Shown: positions 27,215 through 42,279, counted from the first letter of the whole stretch. The stretch: DNA of 63,994 bases, filler included, from Streblomastix strix (GCA_008636045.1; 3 parts of 3 records of this genome joined end to end with filler, not necessarily neighbours in it), one strand, 5' to 3'. Numbers and translations: made by a program. The notes: generated by a model from the letters alone, not told the origin.

Positions 27215-30200
27215 TCACTAGTTGGCAATCGACTTTAACTTTTTATTTAAATCACTAACCAGTGTATCATAATCCTCTGAAAGTAATATATATGTTCAGA
27301 GAGAAAAAAAATATTCATTAAATTATTTAAATGAGTCATTTAATAAAAAAATAAATATACATTTGATGTTACAATACGCCATTATTTCCGCTTTCTTGTC
27401 AGTAAGTTTAGCCTGACAGTTCATACACTCACCAGCTGCACCTATATCATTCTGAAGAGCTATGAAAAGATCTGGAAGTTTGTTCCTGAAAAGAGATTTT
27501 GGAGCCCTGTTCAAGAAAGAATCGTCTGTGTAGGCCTAGATTATTTATTTGTCAGTAATTATGGTTGTCATAATCGGCAAAGCTAATTTCTGGTCAATTC
27601 CAAGTTCTTTAAGATCCTTCTAGGTTTATTACATAGATTAAGGTGAAACCATACCCGATTTCGATACAACATCTTAATCTTTTTCTTCTCCTTCATTTTA
27701 GATTTTCTGATCTTAAAGTTTTGTTTAAGGTTTAGAATTCTGCAGAGATGCTATTATGTTCAATAACACTTCTGTTTATTCATGGAGACGCTGAATTATG
27801 TTCTGAATTGGAGGGTTTTGCACAACATCAGCAGAAACAGCAACAACTCTTCGACAGATGGTTGGAAGAGGCTCTTCAACGCGAACAAATGTGTGGGTAA
27901 TCCAATATTGTTACAGTGCAGGAATCTTGGAGCCGTACAAAGACGTGACGTTTGCCTGAGTTGAAGCAAAGTAAGATTTCTTTGCAAACATCATTTCATG
28001 CAGTTTCTATTCAGGAGTAAGTTGAGTAGTTCGCTTAGGAGGACCAGCGTTTTCATATGTAGGTTATGATGTATATATAATTGCATTTTCATATTTCCCT
28101 CTAATTTATTCATACAGATCTTCTGGTACAGGTTCCATATTATCTGTAACTATTATATATTGCATTTTCTCATTGTTTTCTACATCAAATGGAATCTAGC
28201 AAAATGAAGATTAAGAACTTCCACTAATTGATGGATTTGCAGAGTTACCAGATATAGATGATGATTGTGAGCGTGTTGATGAAATACTTCCTGTTCTATT
28301 CACAGATTATGAGTCAGAACTTGAAACACTTGAAGATCTGTCATTTGAGTTAATGCCTACTGATTCTGTTGTGGTCAAAATATTGCTTTAATCATCACTC
28401 GATCCTCTTCCACCCATACTTCCAGTTTTTGTATCTGATTCTCTCTGTGATTCTGAATCCATTAACAGACCACACAAGACAACACTTTCTCCTCCATATC
28501 CGCTGATATTATTTCTTGGTCCAGTTACTGGTTAATTTATTCTTGTTGATGTTTGTTATGATAATTAAGAAGAATTAGATGAAGAAGTTTATTATTCTAT
28601 TTATGAACTTGAATTTTCTTGAGATTATTATTAATGTAATATAGTTTATTTAGCACCAGCGCCTTTATTGAATATTAAATCAGCAGGAAGAGTGAAAGTA
28701 ACAACTTGGGTGCTGTTATACACTTAGGCATCTTAGTATCTTCTTTTTAGTAAATTAATAAAATCATTTATTGTTTTATTACCTTCCATTTTATAAATGA
28801 ATGCACGATTAAACAGATGATATAATGGTTAAAATTATTATGAATCATTTCCTTGCTCGTTTGTTTGTATATTATTATTCATGTTTCCTTATTCCTTGAC
28901 ATCATTCTTCTATTTAACATTTGAATTGATCCTATTTCCATCTCTTATATGTTTCTTATTCTCTCTTTTAAATCCTTTTCCAAGGAATTAAACATAAAAA
29001 TATTTCGCATTTTAAGTACTTCCTTTCTATTAAGAGATATTATTATAGAATTATGCTTATTTTTTCTGAAATTAAATACATATTAAAAAAGATAAGAATA
29101 AAAACACAACAATATATTTTAATTTATTTTTAAATTTACCATCTCAATAGCAACTTAATCATATTTAATATCCTCTTCTTTAAAATGAAATATTAATGGT
29201 TATATCACTTCTATTGCTCTTTCCCATTATCTATCCCTACAATTAAATAATGATAATATTAATATATATTTATAAGAATCATGTATAAAATACTTGCTAA
29301 AGTAATCAACAGCTTTTGAAACAACTGCTTTCTTCCTTTCTTTCATTGATTCCTGATAATATTAATAAACATGTAAAGAAAAAAATAATAATATAAAACA
29401 AAGAAAAAAATAAAATAAAGAAAAAAATAAAATAAAGAAAAAAATAAAAGAAAGAAAATTTCTTCTCTTAATTTAATATTTCAACCACTTTTCTTTCAAA
29501 CCTATTTAAAACAACCAGAAATAGCTGGAAGAACAACATCTGAAAATTAATATTCATTGCTTATTTAAATTAAACACTCTCCAGCTTCTGCATTGTGCTC
29601 TAATAATGAATGCAATTTCTATATTTAGCATAAATTTAAATAGGATACAAAATTAGTAATAAAAGTGAATACCTATAAACTGAATAAATATTCAACTTTT
29701 AAATCTGTCCTATTTGTGTCTGTAACATAATCAATTAATCTAAAATAGGAAGTAAAAATAAGAATTTCAATAAAATTGATAAATAAAATACCTTAAATAA
29801 CAGTATGCTAATTCATCTTCATCTTCTTCACAGGGACTATATTTTCTAATTATTTAAAATAAAAAAATAATAACTTTCCCAAATAAAAAAAATTCCTTAT
29901 ATTCTATAATTTTTATAAAAAAATTCTATAAAATTAACACCTTAAATCTTACAAATGACCAATTAATTTTTTAACATCATTAACAAACTTGGTCATTCTA
30001 ACTTTATCTAACTATATATTAGCTACATTTAAAAGTGAATTATATCTTTTATTTGGAATCATTTTTTATTTCTCGTTTTATTAACTTTCATTTTAATTCT
30101 CATATTGAGATGGTTCAAGAATTATTTCTTATAAAAGTCTTTCTAATCTTTCATCAAAGAATTCCATCATTCTTTTTCCATCTTCTTCGTTTTTGCATAA

Positions 30201-33200
30201 AAGTCTATGTTTGAAATATAATAATATTATATATGAAAATTATTTTTCTATTATCTTCATTTAAATTGCATACCTGACACCCACAAATGTTTTTGTCTCA
30301 GATCTTGGAGTAACTTTGCTATAATCCAATTCTCCCTCTACTTGATCTTACTCTAATAAATATAATTATTTATTTTATTATTGTTGTTATTAAGTCTGTT
30401 ATTTCACATTATTTGATTCTACTGATATTTAAGATGATATTGTAGATTGTTGAGCATATAATTTAAAGTCTGTTTTTATCAGGTATGAAAATAAAATGCG
30501 AGCTCTCTAATAAAATGTAAATACAATTAGATTAAATAAATGAATATATAATGTTAATATTTAATAATCTAATATTTAATCAATTATTTTTATCTCTATC
30601 ATAATAATATACATACATTTAACATTTCTTCTCTCTTTGATCTTAAAGCCATCTTAAGAACAGGGTGAATCATTTGTAAATAATATATTCCAACTATATT
30701 ATGCCTTGCCATCCTTTCCCAGATCTATACAAATAATATTATATGAATAAATGAAATAATACTTTATATCTTTCAAAATTGCATAAAATACCTCCTCGGC
30801 TGAATCTCCAATATATTATTAGGCAATTTTAAATACTTCCTTCAATTGTTTTATATATTTTTGATATTTTACTTTAATAATGTATTATTTCTTCCATCCA
30901 TTCTCTTTCTATAATACGATAGAATTCTATTCAATTGATTACAATGATTGGATTGAATTACTAGTTGTTGAATTTGATTATAATAATTGTTATATTCCAC
31001 TGTTTGATGTTTATGACATATTATCATTTATTTATTCGTACTTCTCCTTATTTTTCTTATGATCTTTTTGATGATCTTTATCAGTCTTTATAGAAGATTA
31101 TGATGCAGTCTTTATTATTAATTCTTGATTCTTAATCTAAGACTGAGCTTATAGTGTAGGAGATAAATCTAACTGCTTATCTTTATCTTTCTTCTTATCT
31201 GAATTCTTTTCATCTCCTTTTTCCTTTTCTTTCTTTTTTTCTTCTTTTTTTCTTTTCCTTTCATCTTCTCTTTCTCTTTCTTTAACTAAATATTACTTAG
31301 CATCTTTTTCGATCCTGTTATTTAACTCATCAAATTACCCAGATTTAATTATATATTATTATATCATTCTTTTGTCGGTTTATGGCCAATCAAAATTAGT
31401 TAATAATATTATCACGCTGAATAATCTATTTGAATGCGAATGAAAAAAAATTATTAAAATAAAGTAGAAATAAATTAATTAATTCGGAATAATTATTGTT
31501 AATTTAACCTCCTCAATCTGAATTCAATCTTATGAATGCGTTCTACAGGAGTCTTGATATTTATAATAAAATATAAATCTATAGTTTATATAATAAATAT
31601 TTTCATACCTACAAAACTTCATCATTATTATTTAAACCTAATAATCTTATATACTTTGAAATATTATCTTGTATTTCTTATCCTGATATTTCGATATTTT
31701 ATTGTTATTACGATGAATCGCCTGTATTGTCATATATATTCTACGCATTTGAAGTTAATTACAATTAATTGTCTTTATTTGTTGTATTTGAATCAGTTTG
31801 AGATTATTATGAAAAAGAAGGAGATACAGATTGAATTGGAGAATGAGGTTATTATTATGGTGAAGAAGAAGAAATTTTTTATTATTAACTTTGATCTAAT
31901 ATAATACTTGTTTTATTTAAAGCTAATTATTGTTATTATTTAGTCGATGTTTATATAGAAGGAAATGTTTGTTTCTTAGGTAATGAAGGGGTAAAAGAAG
32001 TAGTCTTTGGTTATCCAAACATTGTTTATGATTATTTTAATTTTATCTAAAATCCAGCTCCTTTCTATAAATCATCAGCATTCTTCTAAGGAAAGAAGCA
32101 ATTAAACCATAAAGGTCTTTTTAAATTATTCATTTTTGAAATAGCTGGATTAAGAGGTATTATAACATGCTTAAATGTTCTTAATAGTTCAATATGAAGA
32201 CCAATCCAATCTGATGGAAAGAAATGAACCCTTTTTAATGACTTGGCTAAGAATAACAATTCATCTAAAAACAATTGAGGTAATGGAGTTCTTATCAGAT
32301 CTTTGCCTTAACTCTATATTTCATATCTTTTTTAATATTATTTATCCCCAGATTATTATTAAGAAGAAGATTAAGCTAATAAAGATGGTGATATGAATTT
32401 AGATTATTTTTAAGTTACTTATTATTATACTGATGGTGGATAGTGAAGTCTTAATTCTTAATCATTTAATAATAACCTTTGTAATTAGTAATGATCAATT
32501 AGCTCAAGTAATATAACCAAAGATCCCATCAAATCTGTTTTTAATGCACCATGACACCCTTTGTTATTCATTTCTTACATATATAAAGCTCTTTATATCT
32601 CTTCTTAACTTTGTTTATTAATTTCTTTCTTTATTTATTTTATTTTTTCATCTTTATCATCTTTATCATCTTCTTCTTCTAATACTATTTCATCATAATC
32701 ATCATCTTCTCCAATTTCATTATTATCATCATTCACTTTTTTATTTGATTCTAATACTTTAATTCCAGAGAAAGTTTATTTTTATTCTTTCATATTTGCA
32801 CTCGTCTTATCATCTATATAAAATTTCTTGGAAAATGTTATTTCATCAGCTGCAATAATGCATAGCCATCCAATAATAGGATTTAATAGTTATAATAATT
32901 ATGGTAAAATTGCAATTAATTTTTATATATAATCACGAATTGATAATCTATACTTTAAAACTTTTTCTAACTTATCTATTAAATAATATTTTTCTTGTTC
33001 AGTATCTTTATTGATATTTTATTATTGCCCTTAAAAAGACAGTAAACTATTGTAGAACCAAGGCTCAAATTATCCTCCTGATATATTAATTACAGAAATA
33101 GTTGTTAATAACTTTGCTGATACAACTGCTGCTTATTAAAACCTCCTTTATATCTGTTCAGATAAAATTATGCATATTATATTTAGCAATCTATTTTTTC

Positions 33201-36200
33201 CTTCCAAAGGAACAGATAATATCTCATTCTACTGTTACAACTAAGATTAAGTTGATGATTATTGAAATGGATCGATTTCTTTATTTTCTTTGTCATTGGT
33301 TTTATTTTTCTCTTTTTCTTTTTCATTCTCTTTAATTTTTAATTTTATTAATTCATTCTATTTTTTTTCATTAAGCACAAAATTTGGAATGAACCAGGGC
33401 TATTCTACGATTACTGATATAAGAGACATTTGATTAGCAAAATATGTTCTAATTCAAAGAAAAAAGATGAATGAAAATATTAATTATTAATAAAAAAATG
33501 AAAATTAAATATCTATAAAAAATTAATTTGTTGCTTTAATTCAAATTATATCAAACTTATATTTATCTATTGCGTGCCAAATACAATAAGTAGCAGCTAG
33601 CTACTTTTTCTATCTAACTTCCTCTTATTACAAATATGTTTACTGTTACATTTATTTTGATACAGCGACTTCATCCACTGCTTTGACAATTGACTGACAT
33701 GCAACAGAAAATAAAGAACGAAATAAATATGAGATTAATAAAAAAAATAAAATAATTATAATATTAATATTAATAATTATAATATATTAATATATTCTAT
33801 GTATTTACATCCTATTATTCAGGAACAGGAGGAATGGGAGCCATTCCTTTACTTTTATATGGAGAATATTATTTGTTTTGTATTAAAGGTTAAGGTGGCT
33901 CAAGAATAGGAGAACCTTATGAAGATTGTGAATACCTTCTTTAATAATCATATCTTGGTGACGATGGATTTGAAAGACTTCGATCGTATTATTCATCAAT
34001 ATCATCATATACTTCATCCTCTTCGTCCTTAGATATGAAATTATCTGGTTTATTGTAGCTTTGATGTTGACCATCTTGTGCTCCAACTCCTTCTTATGAT
34101 GTGAGTTCTAATTAAGACATCAAATGAGTTGATTCAAGAATACGAGCAAATAAATCAGATAATTTATCATCTAATTAGAATTCATAAAGTGATTAAGGAT
34201 AGGAAGAAGATTCTTATTCTGATGTTTACTTGTGTTGTTTATTTCTCTTTTTAATCTCTTTTCCTTCTTTTAACTCATCTTTATTTATTTTCTTCACAAA
34301 TTTCTTCATTTCATACAAACATTCACATAACTCTTATAAAAGGAATATTTGACTGAAGAGCGTTTCTTATTGAACGCTTTAAAGTACTTCACAGATTGAT
34401 TATATTAAATTCTCAAACTTTTCAGAAAGAATATTTGGATCTGGTTAAGTGAGATATAATATATTATATTATTATTTATCCTTTTCTTTAATCTTATTTT
34501 TCTTCCCATCTTTTTCTTTTTCTTTCTCCTTATCTTTCTCATTTTTCTCTTTCTTTTCTTAATCCTGTTATTTTTTCCACAATAAAGATCTAAATTCATA
34601 TGATCTTAAAACCATAACTAATAATAATCTTAATGATTACATCATTTCTTTACCAGAAATCGATTATTTTTATTATTATTATTTTTCTTATTATTGTTTA
34701 ATTTCAATAATAATTAATTATTATATTTATTTAGTTATAATATCCAACAAAGGAACAAATAAATCTTTAAATGGAAATAGAACTGAAGATGTGAGTGATT
34801 GAGAAGATTAATGAATTATGGTTTAATTTATTAAAGATTCGGGTTTTGACATCTCTTTCAATAGTCTTTCAAACATATATATGTATCTTTAATCATTTTT
34901 AATCATTGCTATTATTTTAATAAGCAAATTAAAAGCATTTTCTTCATCATCAATCATTTTTTATTCAACTTAATTAAAATTATCTTTTAATTATTTTCCT
35001 TCTTTTCCTTCTTTCTATTCATTTTTCTTTATAGGTGCAGGATTGGTTTGTTTATTTTGATCTTAAACTTATTTAATATATCTCGCTGTTAATACAAAAA
35101 CAATTGTTTATAATATAGGACCAAGTGAAGGAGCAATTATATTAATTGGATTGTATAACAACTTTGACCAGAATTAGGTTGAATTAAATTTTTTGAATTA
35201 AATTAATGCTTATTAGATTTATTGTGATGATACAATTGTTGAAACTAGTCGAGTTCAAACCTAAAAAAATTAAATAATAAATAATAAAAGTGAAAAATAT
35301 ATGGAAAACTTGAAAAAAAAACTATATGAATATAAAAATAAAAATTAATCAATAATAATAAATACTTTTATTATTGATGATTTCTTTTAATCGGGATCTT
35401 TTTTTAAGTATTCCCTTTAATCTAAAATAGATTCTTTTTATCCTTCTTCCCATCTATTATTATATCAATATAAATATAATAATAATATTGATAAATGAGT
35501 TATAAATATAAATATAATAGAAATGTTGATAAATGAGTTAATAATCTTATTTCTGATTAAGTTAATATGCTCAAAATGTTTAATACCTGAAGATCGTCAA
35601 TTCATGTTCTCCATCTTTGATATAGAAAGCTAATTATTAATAATAAAATTATGAATAAATAAGAATGGTTAAAATAATTAATAAATAATAAAATTAATTA
35701 ATTTTTATACCTTTATTTACAATGTTTTTTTCTTTATCTTTATTCATTTCATTAGAAGCTTATTATTAAGATTAAGAAGATTAATTATAATTAATACCAA
35801 ATTCTTAAAATGGTTCATCTGACCATAATGGAAGATGTCCATATCCCATTAATATGTCATCCTGAATAAATTTAATTAATATAAAATAAAATAAATATTT
35901 ATTCACATATATTCACACTATATTTTTCAATATTTAATTTACATACTTTCTTCTTCTTTGTAGTTCTATGGTACACTTTGAATAAAAGATGAGCTTTTAA
36001 AAGTTCTTCAGGAGGAAGTTAAACAGTGAATGTTTCATTCCAATGAGGAGATTTGTTGTGATAGAAGATAAAAGATTAATAAACACTATTATTGAATCCT
36101 TAAAATTAGTCACTAGAATTCGGAAGTGTGAAAATGTCTACTTCTTTTGTATCTTAATTGATCTTATCTTTATTGTCATTACTATCTATGCTATCTTTTA

Positions 36201-37705
36201 AACTAGTGTTTTATATTGGAGATTCTTATAAATTAACAGATTTCAGTTTCATCTCTCGTTCATACTTCATTTATGATAAAGTCTGAGCTTAAGTTGCCCA
36301 TAATGGTTTTGCATTATTTGTTTCAGAAACTATTTAATTACCTTTTCCAATACAAATAACAGGTCTATCATTTGTAGAGTATATAACAGGACCATCAGAA
36401 CTAACAACAGACACCTCTATGCAGAGATTTGGATCTGAAGATTTACTTCCTTTATCAAACTAACCATAATTAAGAGTCACATATAAATCATTTCTTTATA
36501 ATAATGGATTGAATGGTGAATCTTCTAATGATAATTTATTTATTATTATAGCCTGATTTTGTTAAATTGCTTAATATTACTCTTACTGATTTTATTTCTA
36601 TGAATCTAATTAACTATCTATCAGTTCAAATTACTAATCCTGGGATTATTATACACTCTAGCTCTTAATCAGTTATGTTTTGGAAGATACTGTCATTCGT
36701 TACTTCTATGTTAATTGTGCTTAAGTTGATGATGTGTAAGGTTGAGATAAATTATCATCATTGTTATTCATTTTTAAAATATTATTTGGTATTTGGAGAA
36801 TTCTCTTTGTTAATTCACCAGATTAAATCCAAATTGAAAAATTTATTCCTGTTATAATTTTTAATTATTCAAAGTTTTTCTTTTCTATTTTTTATTAGAG
36901 ATATGCAAAATCATCATCTTTCTGAATTAAATAAATCTTTTAATCTTAAAATTAAATTCTTTCTTGTCCATTTTACTCATACAAATACCTCAGTGGATGA
37001 TCATTATAATTTGTATTAGGATATTCCTTCTCTTTATATTCTTATTTATAATCCAATATTAGCTTCCCAAGTAACACTTAACCTCCTCCAAAGGCCACAC
37101 GACAATCTTTTCTTACTTATCCATCACCTGTCTTCTTCTCTTCTTCTGTATTCAATGATCCAACACTGACTATCCGATAATATAATGATATCTGCCTCTC
37201 AAAATCACTAACTGCTAAATCTTTAAATATTGCTAATATTTAATCTTTAATTGGATTTGATCCTTCTCTCATTGGACCAACATTTATTCTAAATTCTTCG
37301 GTTATTTATTTTTCATTCTAATACAACGAAAAGAAAATATCTAGTATGTTGTCAGTCTAAAATAAATAAAAAATAAAGGAATTGATTAGTTAATATTAAT
37401 AAGAATGTAAAGTAGATATATAAGTAATAAAGTTGAAATAATAATACCTATATTTAAACTTGATCAATTAGAAGGCATAATTGAATGAGCTTATCTGAAT
37501 TTGAAATGTTTTTATTGACTTGAAACAGAAGTTCTTTAGATTACCTCAAATAAATCTGGTGTGGAAAGGGTTTAATATATTCATTATATTGTTTTTTAGT
37601 TGAAGATTCATAAGAATTATTTTCTATTTCTTCATCAAGACGAATCATGCGGTATGCAGCAAATGATTCTGCAATGCTGTCATTCTCCACTTATTCCTTC
37701 GCCAT
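27215..37705 (-). CDS. DOCK-family Rho/Rac guanine nucleotide exchange factor (DHR-1 C2 plus DHR-2), multi-exon
   Basis: RNDLYVTLNYGQFDKG; HNKSPHWNETFTVQLPPEELLKAHLLFKVYH (DHR-1); FYVQFLGKGF and FIYK; YWITHTFVRVEEPLPTICRRV...NPPIQNII (DHR-2). Confidence 0.85.
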
Positions 37706-38282
37706 ATTTTCACTAGTTATTCCCTGAAAAACAGCATAATTCAATTTTTATGTGTTTTTCAACATTTTAATGGAAATCTAGTAAAAAAAATGATATTATA
37801 AAGAAAATAGACTATTGCAGAAAAGAATTGTGTTATTAACTTATATAGAATATAAATCAGCAAATTGTATATAAAATCATGCAATCTATTACTAAATGAA
37901 ATAAATATGACTATTTCATACAATTTGTAAAGTTTGATGTGAAGTTGCGCAGGATTTATTTGAATGAAAAAATTCTGAAGTTCTCAATGGTGAAAATATA
38001 ATAATAATATGTACCATTTAATAAAGAATATAAAATATATAGCATTTATAAATTTTACAACCAACTATAAGTTTAAGTTCAGGAAAAACAATACAATAAT
38101 TGTTTTATTATGAAATGTGAGAAAAATTTCAGAATTAAATTCGCTCATTTAGGCGTTCCCTCCTTTTCGATGGGTTTTCTGCATATCAAAACATATGAAT
38201 GAAAATATAAATGAGGGAAAATAATAAAAAAGGAGATAGAATTAATAAAATATAAATCATTTAAAAGTGAAATAAAATGAAA

Positions 38283-38756
38283 TCATACTCCATTTCTGGA
38301 ACCATTATTGCTATATTTGTTCCGTTCAGCAAAACTTAATCAATTTCTTTTGTTCTAATCTCTCCCTATAATAAAAATAGATTATAAAATGAAATAAACT
38401 TCTAAAAACAAACATTTGGTAATCTATCAATTTCCTTAACATTATCAAGTACCATATCTATATATAATTATGAGCGAAAAAAATGAAAGCGAGAAAAATA
38501 AAAATAAAATAATGGTGAGTTTAATTATTAAATACTGAGAAAATCATCAAATGCTGTTAATGTTCCTTCAATTTCTTTTTCACCTCGCATAAGAATTTAA
38601 AGGCGTTAACCTCTACAACGTTCAACTAGTTCTGTATAAAAAAGTTTAATGATTCTACATTATAAAAAAATTAAAAACAAACATACCCAATGGCAACGTT
38701 TTTGTGGATGTTTCGGGCTTTGAAATCGGTTTTTCAGCTACTTTTGTAGAAGTCAT
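38283..38756 (-). CDS. LSM5: Sm-like protein LSm5
   Basis: LPLELVERCRGQRLQILMRGEKEIEGTLTAFDDFLNMVLDNV...QVLLNGTNIAIMVP; three introns. Confidence 0.9.
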
Positions 38757-38923
38757 CTATTTTACAATTAAATTCACAAACAATAATATCAAAATATAAA
38801 TAATTGAGATTTTAATAAGAAAATTTGTTGCAAAATTGAGTCTGGCTGTTAAACATATAATTAGTAATTTTTCCTATATTCCAGTTTCAATTTGTTAGAA
38901 TTATATACGAATTTCAATAAATT

Positions 38924-39412
38924 ATGAAAAAATATATTGCCTGTGCTGATGATATTGAACCTACGCTTACATAAGTTGTGGAAGCGAAAATAAACCTGCT
39001 TTTTGTCTAAACTCCGATTTGGAGCTCTGTTTCTGATTTTGACGAGTTACAGGAAAGAGCACAAAGAAAAATATAGAATAAATATGAAAAGCTTATAAAA
39101 GAATTGGATTAAGAATTAAAAAAACTAGTTTGCGAATTATTTTTTTTTAGTATAAATTTCATTATTCTATAAACAGGAATAGAGTTATAAACATGTTTCT
39201 ACGTAAATAATAGATCGATTAGATGATTTAAAATAACTTTCCAAAGATTTTAAGATGAGATAAGCAATCATAGCAGACATTCCTTAATGTATTGATCGCA
39301 ATGTATTTGTTTTTCTAATTTCATTAATATTATGATTTGATAATTTTAATGTTAGGTACTTGACATCTATCTTTCTGCTTGGAGTATGGCTCCATTTCTA
39401 CCAGCTTAATGA
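38924..39412 (+). CDS. Small helical protein, possibly CINP-like
   Basis: Three exons with GT-AG introns; C-terminus MRQAIIADIPQCIDRNVLDIYLSAWSMAPFL recalls the CINP C-terminal YLSxWxxxPY/F pattern (from memory, not searched). Confidence 0.55.
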
Positions 39413-39551
39413 GGATGTGAAATTTAAGGATTCTTTGCAATTTCTATTATTTGATATTAAAATTTAATAAAATAATGTGAATCACAATTTATTTATACCA
39501 TCTTTATCATAAATATGAGATATTATTCTGTGGGTAGATTTTTTTGTTTAA

Positions 39552-39630
39552 AGCGCCATAGCTCATCCGTTCAGAGAGCCGAAAACAGCTGCTTCATCGG
39601 GTATGTTTTAACCAGTCGTACGGATGCATT
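39552..39630. ncRNA. Candidate structured ncRNA (GC-richer intergenic hairpin), family unassigned
   Basis: CATCCGT (39564-70) pairs with ACGGATG (39620-26); internal AAAACA/TGTTTT or CCGA/TCGG stems. Confidence 0.3.
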
Positions 39631-39892
39631 CTTAAAATCCCAATACTATTCATATAATCGATAATCATTGATTGGATGTGTAGTATCGATCGTTTTAATT
39701 TTTTTAAGCGCTCTTAAATTCTTGCGTGTATTTTTATTTATTTATTTATGATATGAAATAATAATTTATTAATTTTATTAATTTCAATCACTATAATACT
39801 AATTAAAAACCCGAAATACTTAAAAACAGCTAAAAATTCTCTCTTTCAACTCTTATTCGATTTGATTTTATGCAGAATTATATAATTTGAGG

Positions 39893-41169
39893 ATGATTAC
39901 TGCAATTCTTTTCCTCAACGAGAAGGGCGAGATCGTGCTGGTTCGAAACTACCGTGGAGACATTCGGTATGATCTACTGCTGCTTTGCGTTATATTTTTA
40001 AGAGTTTTTCGTTTTATTTATTACAATTTTATTAAACTTATCTCAGTCGTTCAACTGCAGAGGCATTCCGCAATGCAATTATCGTTAAAAAAGAGACAAA
40101 GTAACCTATTGTCCAAATTCAAAAATCTACATTTTTCTATATTCGCGAAAACAACATTTATGTTGTAGCCTGTGCAAACGGGAATGTCAATGCAACTGTA
40201 ATATTTGAGTCATTATACAAACTTGTAGCTGCCTTCAAGGCGTATTTTGGTGGAGTTTTTGATGAAGACGCAATCCAAAAACAATATGGACTGATATACG
40301 AACTAATGGATGGTTAGGATCAAATTGAATCTTTATTATTTATTCTAATCTACTTAATTACATTCTTTCTGTTTAATCACAGAGGCATTTGACTTTGGAT
40401 ACCCATAGAACATTGATCCAGATGTACTCAAAGCATATATCATGTAAGGAAAACCGCTAAGTGTTCAAAAAGTGTTAATTTTTATTATTTAATTTTTATT
40501 ACCAATTTTTTCATATTTTATATTTTCAGGCGTAATAAGTATCAATGCATGTAACTGGAGCTTCATCTCGTCCACCAAATATTGTTCATCAAGTAAATTA
40601 GTTGTTCATTGATGTGATAGAATAAGTATTTATTATAATACAATAATTAAGAAGTTATTTCATTAAATCTATTTCTTTTTTGATATATAAAAACAATTAA
40701 GGTTAATCTTTTAGTTTCATCAAAGCAAACTATTCTTAATGCAGAAGTTATTGGGCAGATAAATCTTAAAGTTCAATTATCAGGTCTGTATTTAATATAA
40801 TTCATATTTATTTTTATATTTATTTTTTCAATGTTTTATATTCAGGTGATCCCGATTGTATATTTGGCTTCAATGATAAACTCTTCCTTGATCAGCACAA
40901 TGACTCATAAGGACATGTTAAGCGCAAGAGTTTGAATAAGAAATAAATTTATTTTTAGTTCAAATTTTTCTTTTTTATATTAAATTTTATTTCAATTAAA
41001 ATTCTTTATTACTTTTATTTTTATACAGCCAATCGTGATACATTAGAACTTGATGATATTAAATTCCATTAATGTGTGAAATTGAGTCATTTCAGTAAAG
41101 ATAGAACTATCTCTTTTATTCCTCCTGATGGAGATTTCACCTTGATGAGGTAATCTAATAAATATAATG

Positions 41170-41209
<40 letters not shown>

Positions 41210-42279
41210 CATTTTATATTGTATTTATAATTATTTATAATAGATATCGTGTATCTGAACGTGTAGTGAAGCCTCCATTCCACGTTGTTCCAATTATCAT
41301 TGAACACTCTCGAACAAGATTTGTTGTGCAGGTTTATATTAATTCATATTTTATTATAATTCTTATTCAAAAGTTTAAAAGAATAAACATAAGTAATATT
41401 TAATTTTATGCAATCTGTTTGTTTCTTAATATTCAGGTCACAGTCACATCAACATTCTCAGCTCACTTTATTGCAACATCTGTTGTTATCAAAGTATAAA
41501 ATATTACATCAACTATTAATTATTTTGTTCTTTATAATTTAATTTGTATAAAAATAGATACCAATTCCAACTAACTCTGCACGTCTTTAGAGTGAAGTTT
41601 GTATTATTATTTATTAGCAATTCATTTATTTATTATATTTATTATATTTTCAGGTGAGTGTTGGATCAACCAAATATGAACCAACCCAACACGCAATTGT
41701 TTGGAAGGTTAAGAACTTCCCAGGTAATATAATATATTATTACCAGAATGAGAATAAGAATGATAATATATACATCATTATATTATATTATAATATATAT
41801 CTATTATCTTGTTAATATTAATTAGGAGGGTCATCCAATCAATTCAGAGCCAATGTTCAGCTTCTTGCTTCAGTAGTTTAAGGAGCTCCCTGGTCTAAAC
41901 CTCCAGTATCAATGCAATTCTTGGTATTAAAGAATAGGAATTAAATTATTATTATTAATTGATTAATATTTTCATTATATATCATAATACAGGTTCCAAT
42001 GGCTACATCATCAGGACTTGAGGTTCTATTCATGAATGTGAGTGAATCAAAGTATTATCTTTTTACTTATACAATATTCAATCATCAATATTTACTATAT
42101 ATAGACTCCATTATCATGCAGATAGATTCATACGCTATGTAACAAGGGGAGGTAACTACTTAATTAGATATCCAGATAAAGTAGGAGTTGGGGAAGATAG
42201 AAGAACAGGAACTGGTGGATAAGTTGGATATGGAGGACAGGCAGCTGGTCAGTTTGGAATTGCAGCTCCAAAGAAATGA
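39893..42279 (+). CDS. AP2M1: AP-2 complex mu subunit
   Basis: MITAILFLNEKGEIVLVRNYRGDI, LIYELMDEAFDFGYPQN, LFIDVIEQVN, LDDIKFHQCV, ISFIPPDGDFTLMRYR, WSKPPVSMQF, FIRYVTRGGNYLIR. Confidence 0.92.
41172..41205. repeat. (AT)n microsatellite in an AP2M1 intron
   Basis: Direct observation. Confidence 0.95.

Noticed and set aside
26022..37705. Ras next to a DOCK GEF as a functional cluster
   Set aside because: DOCKs act on Rac/Cdc42, not Ras, and tail-to-tail adjacency is unremarkable in a gene-dense genome.
39552..39630. tRNA-Sec or UGA-suppressor tRNA (GCGCCA start, CTTCA)
   Set aside because: No anticodon stem around TCA, no TTC T-loop and no acceptor pairing; kept only as a generic ncRNA candidate.
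39678..39710. GTGTAGTATC resembling the U2 snRNA branch-pairing region, followed by a T tract
   Set aside because: No upstream U2 stem I or CTAAGATCA, and the spacing to the Sm-like site is far too short.
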